Below, in pieces: positions 57,096-64,000 of a stretch of 64,000 nucleotides of DNA. The stretch lies in assembly GCF_009914755.1 (NCBI RefSeq), contig NC_060935.1. One strand, given 5' to 3'. The position numbers were made by a program, and so were the translations under genes. The notes beneath the pieces are model-generated. The model was not told where the DNA came from. It searched no databases and saw only the letters and a list, made by a program, of their open reading frames with translations. Numbering within the stretch: position 1 is the first letter of the stretch; the number at the start of each line of letters is the position of its first letter. This stretch comes from the human T2T-CHM13v2.0 reference genome, Homo sapiens.

Positions 57096-58168
57096 CTAGC
57101 GGCACCTTCAGGGAACCCACCCAGGCCTCAGAGTATCAGGCCCAGTGACTAGCACCACAGCTGATGGAGGGGATGGCCTCGTTCCCCTCATCCCCAGGGA
57201 CTTATCATCTGGGGCCAGGAAGAAGACTGACATGCAAGGAAAACTCACACAGTGCTGGGTGTTCCTGTGTGCTAAGGAAGGACCCTCTGGCCAATGTTGG
57301 CCTTGACATCCATTCCTGCATTTGGCCATCATTGAGCAGGGGATGTGTACCTGACTCTGCACCAGACACCAGGGAAGGAAGAGCACAGATGAATGGAGAC
57401 TGTGCTTGCTCTTGAAAAGCTTGGACTTAGTCGGGGAGACTGGAAACCAATCATTACGAGATAGAGGTTGGCATGAGATGAGGTCAGTGAGGTTGCTACT
57501 AATGCTAGTTCCACTTTACAGGTGGGAAACCAGGCCAGGTGACTTGCCCAGGCTCGCACAGCTATGAGGAGGCAGAGCTGGGATTTGCATCCATGTGGTC
57601 AGGTCCCAGGATCCATGATTTTAACCACTACCATGACTATGGGGTGGTGGTGGGGAACAATTCAATTAAGTCTAGAAAGGGGCAATGGAGAATTCCTGGA
57701 AGGAGTGACACCTGGGTTGTATTTTCCCAGGTGAGGAAGTTGGGGGAGGTCAGAAAGAATAGCACTGTGAAGCCTGAGAAAGGTAGTGCTCCATAGTGGG
57801 TATGGGAAAGGGCCACACAGAGGATGTGGGAACAGGAAGGCGGGCGAAGGTGAGGCTAGAAGACCCCCAAGGGTGGGCTCCTGAGGAGTGTTGTACTAAG
57901 CAAGGGAGTTTGAGCTGGATTCTGCAGCTCTAAAGAGTCAATGGAGTGTTTCAAGCAACAAAAGAAGGTAATCAGATTCTGGAAAATGGCTGATAGTGTA
58001 TTGAAGTGGACTGGAGAGGGATCATTGGCAGGAGGGATGTCTAGCCAGAGGGCTACTGCAGGAAGCCAGCTGAGGGAGGGAGGGAAGGCTAGACTGGGGC
58101 AGGGGCAGTGGAGCAGCAGGAATGGCACGCGATGCCTGATGGCCTTGAGATTAAGATCACAGGCTCTG

Positions 58169-58818
<650 letters not shown>

Positions 58819-59759
58819 GCTTAGACTGCCAATTCTGAAGCTCATGCACTTTACTTGTGAGCTCTTCAGCCTGTCTCAGGACCCAGTTACTCTTACTTCA
58901 CCCGCTGTTCTGACAGAGCTGTAGGTCTGACTCTCAAATTCACAGCAGATTAGAAGTAGAAAGTTTTATGGGATGGGAGAAGAATTGAGAGGCAGGTGCA
59001 GTGACAGCAGGGAGGGATGCTAGCTAATGTCGGGAAACCAAAGATTTTTTATTTTTTTTAAGCATCATAAAATGGCATCATTTGGCAGATTCTGAATGCA
59101 TCAACACATCCTACATCAATTACACTATGTAATAAAGTCGGGAACTCTATCACATTTCTAAAAATATTTCCATCCAAGGGCTAAAATGAAATTTGAAAGT
59201 TTGAGTAATTAAGAGCAATCCCTCAGCCATACTGATTCGCTAATTGTCCTTAAAATCCGAGTGACTGAGACCTCTTTGTACCTTTCAGAACCTTGTCCTA
59301 TCCATCAGAGTGATGGGGTGATCCTCACACTCACCCCAGGAGAAAAAAATAGGCAGAGGGGCCACCCCATGTCATAGGTGAAGAAACTCATGCTCAGCCT
59401 TTCACAGCCTACACAAATGGCTCTTCATTTTCAGAGTCAAGCTGGGAGCCCAGATGTCCTGATTGGCAGCCCTGAACTCCCAGTCCTTCTGTCTGTCTGC
59501 TGCTTCTTTCCTCCCTCCCCTTCTCAAGCCATACCCACCCACTGGTGCTCATCATCATCTGCTGCTGCTGATTGGCTGGTGAGATCACCCTGAGCAGCAG
59601 CCCTCTCCTCCATAGGTCCGTGGTATGTTGACATCAGAGAGGTTATTTGCATACCCATCAGCCAGTCAACAGCTTCCCATCCTCAACCGGGCAGTTCCTT
59701 TCTTTATGGAACTGAGGCTTCTCACTGGGACTGAGCTCATAAGCCACAACAGAAGCCGC

Positions 59760-59985
59760 CTTTTATTGAACACTTATTATGGGCCAGGCCTGTGCTATAT
59801 ATTTTGCATATTTTCTCTCATTGGATGTGCACAATAACCAGCTTGAGGTAGGAACTGGGTTAGTCCCACTTCTCAGAGAAGAAACTTACAAAGTTTAAGT
59901 ATTTGCCCAGGGTCATGCAGACAATAAGTAGCAGAGATGGAATCTGCACCCAGGGATATCTAATCCAAATGCTGTATTCTTAACC
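59760..59985 (-). mobile_element. MIR
   Basis: tttattgaacacttattatgggccagg..tttaagtatttgcccagggtcatgcag..agtagcagagatggaat. Confidence 0.75.
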
Positions 59986-60275
59986 AGCTCCAGAGTCTTC
60001 CAACAGAGGGACAAGTATTGTGGCTTTGTGTGTGTGTGTTGGAAGTGGGGGGGTGGGGATTAATAGGACTTTAGCCAGGGAAAGCAGCTTCTCCCTTTCC
60101 CCACACTTCTTGCACCCTAGTCACCTTACTGGGCTGAGAGGTGTGTCTGTTCCATGAGAGGAGAGAGCTAAGGAGAACTTCCAGTTAGGGAGGGGGTGCT
60201 GTCAGGCTGCAGAGCAGAGACTTGCCCAGTCCTCAGACCTGGGAGGTCTCCTTCAAGTGTCAAAAGAAGGTATTT

Positions 60276-60582
60276 GGCCGGTCATGGGCTCACGCCTGTA
60301 ATCCCAACACTTTGGGAGGCCGAGGTGGGCAGATCACGAGGTCAGGAGATCGAGACCATCCTGGCCAACATGGTGAAACCCTGTCTCTACTTAAAATACA
60401 AAAATTAGCTGGGCATGGTGGTCTGCACCTGTAGTCCCAGCCACTCAGGAGGCTGAGGCAGGATAATTGCTTGAACCCAGGAGGCTGAGGTTGCAGTGAG
60501 GTGAGATTGCACTACTGCACTGCAGCCTGGGTGACAGAGCAACACTCTGTCTCAAAAAAAAAAAAAAAAAGAAGAAGAAGAA
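60276..60582 (+). mobile_element. AluSc-family with A/(GAA)n tail
   Basis: agatcacgaggtcaggagatcgagaccatcctggccaacatgg. Confidence 0.93.
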
Positions 60583-61814
60583 GAAGAAGAAGGCGTTCAG
60601 GGCTCAGAGCTAGAGGCTGAGCAGAGGAAGAAGAAGGCGTTCAGGGCTCAGAGCTGGAGGCTGAGCGGAGGAAGAAGAAGGCGTTCAGGGCTCAGAGCTG
60701 GAGGCTGAGCGGAGGAAGAAGAAGGCGTTCAGGGCTCAGAGCTGGAGGCTGAGCGGAGGAAGAAGAAGGCGTTCAGGGCTCAGAGCTGGAGGCTGAGCGG
60801 AGGAAGAAGAAGGCGTTCAGGGCTCAGAGCTGGAGGCTGAGCGGAGGAAGAAGAAGGCGTTCAGGGCTCAGAGCTGGAGGCTGAGCGGAGGAAGAAGAAG
60901 GCGTTCAGGGCTCAGAGCTGGAGGCTGAGCGGAGGAAGAAGAAGGCGTTCAGGGCTCAGAGCTGGAGGCTGAGCGGAGGAAGAAGAAGGCGTTCAGGGCT
61001 CAGAGCTGGAGGCTGAGCGGAGGAAGAAGAAGGCGTTCAGGGCTCAGAGCTGGAGGCTGAGCGGAGGAAGAAGAAGGCGTTCAGGGCTCAGAGCTGGAGG
61101 CTGAGCGGAGGAAGAAGAAGGCGTTCAGGGCTCAGAGCTGGAGGCTGAGCGGAGGAAGAAGAAGGCGTTCAGGGCTCAGAGCTGGAGGCTGAGCGGAGGA
61201 AGAAGAAGGCGTTCAGGGCTCAGAGCTGGAGGCTGAGCGGAGGAAGAAGAAGGCGTTCAGGGCTCAGAGCTGGAGGCTGAGCGGAGGAAGAAGAAGGCGT
61301 TCAGGGCTCAGAGCTGGAGGCTGAGCGGAGGAAGAAGAAGGCGTTCAGGGCTCAGAGCTGGAGGCTGAGCGGAGGAAGAAGAAGGCGTTCAGGGCTCAGA
61401 GCTGGAGGCTGAGCGGAGGAAGAAGAAGGCGTTCAGGGCTCAGAGCTGGAGGCTGAGCGGAGGAAGAAGAAGGCGTTCAGGGCTCAGAGCTGGAGGCTGA
61501 GCGGAGGAAGAAGAAGGCGTTCAGGGCTCAGAGCTGGAGGCTGAGCGGAGGAAGAAGAAGGCGTTCAGGGCTCAGAGCTGGAGGCTGAGCGGAGGAAGAA
61601 GAAGGCGTTCAGGGCTCAGAGCTGGAGGCTGAGCGGAGGAAGAAGAAGGCGTTCAGGGCTCAGAGCTGGAGGCTGAGCGGAGGAAGAAGAAGGCGTTCAG
61701 GGCTCAGAGCTGGAGGCTGAGCGGAGGAAGAAGAAGGCGTTCAGGGCTCATAGCTGGAGGCTGAGCGGAGGAAGAAGAAGGTGTTCAGGGCTCAGAGCTG
61801 GAGGCTGAGCAGAG
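60583..61814 (+). repeat. 44-bp minisatellite (VNTR), 28 copies
   Basis: Unit gaagaagaaggcgttcagggctcagagctggaggctgagcggag; lines 60661 and 61321 are identical (660 = 15 x 44); units start at 60583 + 44n up to 61771. Confidence 0.98.
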
Positions 61815-62092
61815 TCACAGGCTCTTTGCCGAAAGCCTGTGTGACCTGGGCCGATGTGTGTTTAATGATCCCCAAAGGCTCTTCCTGTCTTAGTTTCTGG
61901 AAAGCTGGCTTTCCCGGGGAGATGCTAGCTGGACACAGATGAGGAAAGACTAAAGTTCAGCCTTGCAGCACTCCCTGGGGCCGGCATGAGGGGAAGCACC
62001 CCAGCTGGGGCCCCAACACTGCCCTCTGCAATCCAGCCACTCCCAGGAAGGGAGTAGAAGAGCAATAACGTCTTCTGTGGGAGCCTCCTTCA

Positions 62093-62203
62093 CACCGTGC
62101 CACAGCCTCCTTCCCCCATACCACCCCAGTCCATTAGGTCCAGCCCCCCTTGCACCGTGCCACAGCCTCCTTCCCCCCTGCCATCCCAGTCCATTAGGTC
62201 CAG
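62093..62203 (+). repeat. 60-bp-period tandem duplication
   Basis: caccgtgccacagcctccttccccc..cca.cccagtccattaggtccag at 62093 and 62153. Confidence 0.92.
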
Positions 62204-62805
62204 ATGACCTGTGACACACACCCTGGGCCCCCAGCCCTGTGCTGGCCGCCCTGGTGGATGCTGGAAACGCCAGGCGAGCCTCTGGCCACAGAAGGTGGTG
62301 CCTGGCCCATTGCACAGGGGCAGCCAAGGTAATCAGTTCAATGCCAGAGCAGTCAGGGAAGGCTTCCTGGGAATGGCAGCAATTGGGCTGGGCTTGCCAA
62401 GCTGATTAGTGTGAACTGGTCGACCGAGGAAGGGAGAGCAGGCCTGATGTACAGAAGAGCAGATGCAGAGAGACAGGCAGGACTGTTTACCCTGGAGGGG
62501 GAAGGCCCACTCACTGTGTGGGCAGGAAGCTGACTCAGAGTGTGATGAGAGTAACAGAGAACCCAAGTCTCTCTACTCCCAGCCCAGTGCTCATATAATC
62601 GTGAGCCCTAGCCTTGCATTTTCATTCTCTTGTCTGGTCATCACTGGACAGTTGCCTCTGCCATGTCTACTGGACAGGACTCAGGATGGTCACCAGCAGC
62701 TTTCCCCTGCATCCCTCCCCAAAGCCCAGAAACCCTGACCACCCCGCCGGGCCTGCCTCCTCCCCGGCCTTGGAGCCCAACCTGGACTCTGCAGTTGGTC
62801 CTTTG

Positions 62806-62819
62806 GCGCCATCTGATGG
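62806..62819 (-). promoter_or_regulatory. Candidate CTCF motif
   Basis: Minus strand CCATCAGATGGCGC vs core CCASYAGRKGGCRS (1 mismatch), CpG retained. Confidence 0.4.
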
Positions 62820-62964
62820 TAGATATATGAAACTACAGCAAATGGGGGGACTGGTGAAGGAGGAAAAGTTGGAGGAGGAAGAGGAGGAAGATGAGAGGGA
62901 GATGAGGAAAGAGGAAGAGGAAATAACTTGTATAGCCTATATGGATCACCATGTGCTTTGGTAG

Positions 62965-63455
62965 AGACAGAAAAATCTAGGCCCTACCGTTTTGCAGCTT
63001 TGTGACTTTGAGCAGTTCACAGTTCCTCCCTGAGCCTCAGTTTCCCCATCTGTAAAACCAGGAAAAATAACCCAAACTTAAGTGTTAACCTTTGGCAGGG
63101 TATTGACCAAGAGGGAGCTTGAGGGGGCCTTTGAGGGTGTCAGAAATACTTCTGTCTTGATGGTCACACGGTTTTAAAAAGTCATTGAGTTGTACACAAA
63201 GTTTGTGTACTTTACTGTATATATAATATATACATTATATGTAATACTATATATAGTATATATAATATAAACATATAATATATAACATATATATTATATA
63301 TAAATTATATATATAAAAATTATACCTCAACAAGAAAGGAAGCAATAACACTAATCTACCTTTAACGGTGAAAACCAAGAGAAATCATGTAAGAAAGGGG
63401 CTTAGCTCAGGGCCTGGCACCAAGTCAGGATGCATTGAGGGCGATGGTTATCCCT
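62965..63455 (+). mobile_element. MIR split by an old L1 3' fragment with a TA-rich tract (63218-63323)
   Basis: tgtgactttgagcagttcac..ctgagcctcagtttccccatctgtaaa; L1M-like cattgagttgtacac..tttactgtat..tatacctcaa; MIR end cttagctcagggcctggcac. Confidence 0.6.
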
Positions 63456-64000
63456 GCTGTCACTCAGCACTTTCAAATATAGCTGTGCTTTATTTTGCAA
63501 TGACCCTGTAAGTTGACTTACTTTTTATAGCTGAGGGATTGAGGCTTGGTGAAAACTTGCTCTAGATGATCTAATTCCGTGCCCTAGACTTTTTCGCCTG
63601 GGCATAGCCCTCAAGCTAGGATAGGCTGAGCAGGGCCCAGGGCAACAGAGCTGTGTGGACAGGCTAGCCCTCAAGGGCCACTGCACCTGGCAAAGCACAA
63701 GACCAAAATGTTGTCCACTTGTTCCCAGGAGACCTGGCTCTTCCAGGTGATGAGGCACCAGAGGAACTTCTCTCAAGAAAGCAGGCATCAGCTGGCCAGA
63801 AGGAGTAAGGGCAGAAGAAGGCAGCAGGGCAGCACAGGGCACAGGGCTGGACAGGCAGATCTGGGTCTGAATTCAGGATCCTCTGGATGAAAGGGGGCAA
63901 GCTGCTTCTCATCCATGGGGGTCGGGTTTCTCATCTGCAAAATGGGGACGAGGACACGTGCCCTTCCTGCTGCTCAAGGTTGCTGTGATAGCTGAGTGAG

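Noticed and set aside
60583-61814. CRISPR-like array (short repeats with an internal palindrome)
   Set aside because: Units are contiguous and identical with no unique spacers; no cas genes; primate context. It is a minisatellite, and a TGA in every 44-bp unit closes all frames on both strands.
62614-62964. Glu-rich ORF
   Set aside because: Comes from a short gag/gaa low-complexity run; no other coding signal.

Overview
Repeat-rich, non-coding primate (human-like) DNA, intronic or intergenic. I found no credible host protein-coding exon, RNA gene, CRISPR array or CpG island; the supplied ORFs are Alu read-throughs, low-complexity purine/pyrimidine tracts or chance ORFs. The only protein-family signal is a decayed pogo/Tigger3 transposase at ~21.0-22.1 kb. 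The window holds 16 Alus (J, S and Y subfamilies), many MIR/L2 relics, MaLR solo LTRs (MLT1, THE1), short L1 3' ends and DNA-transposon fossils (MER3, MER20, MER33, MER47A, MER53, MER5, MER82, Tigger3). Most notable items: (1) a near-consensus REST/NRSF RE1 silencer at 57075-57095, 7 bp from a perfect GTCACGTGAC CLEAR/USF palindrome; (2) a fossil complex templated insertion at 29113-29750, made of a copy of a segment ~1.2 kb upstream plus an inverted copy of the flank, later hit by an AluSp; (3) a 28-copy 44-bp VNTR that grew out of an Alu tail/TSD; (4) a three-tier nested MER82>Tigger3>Alu stack; (5) an Alu carrying a templated fold-back insertion. I do not see evidence for a new multi-gene biological system. 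Repeat subfamily names come from recalled consensus sequences, boundaries of old repeats are approximate, and both need RepeatMasker/Dfam confirmation. The chromosomal locus was not identified.
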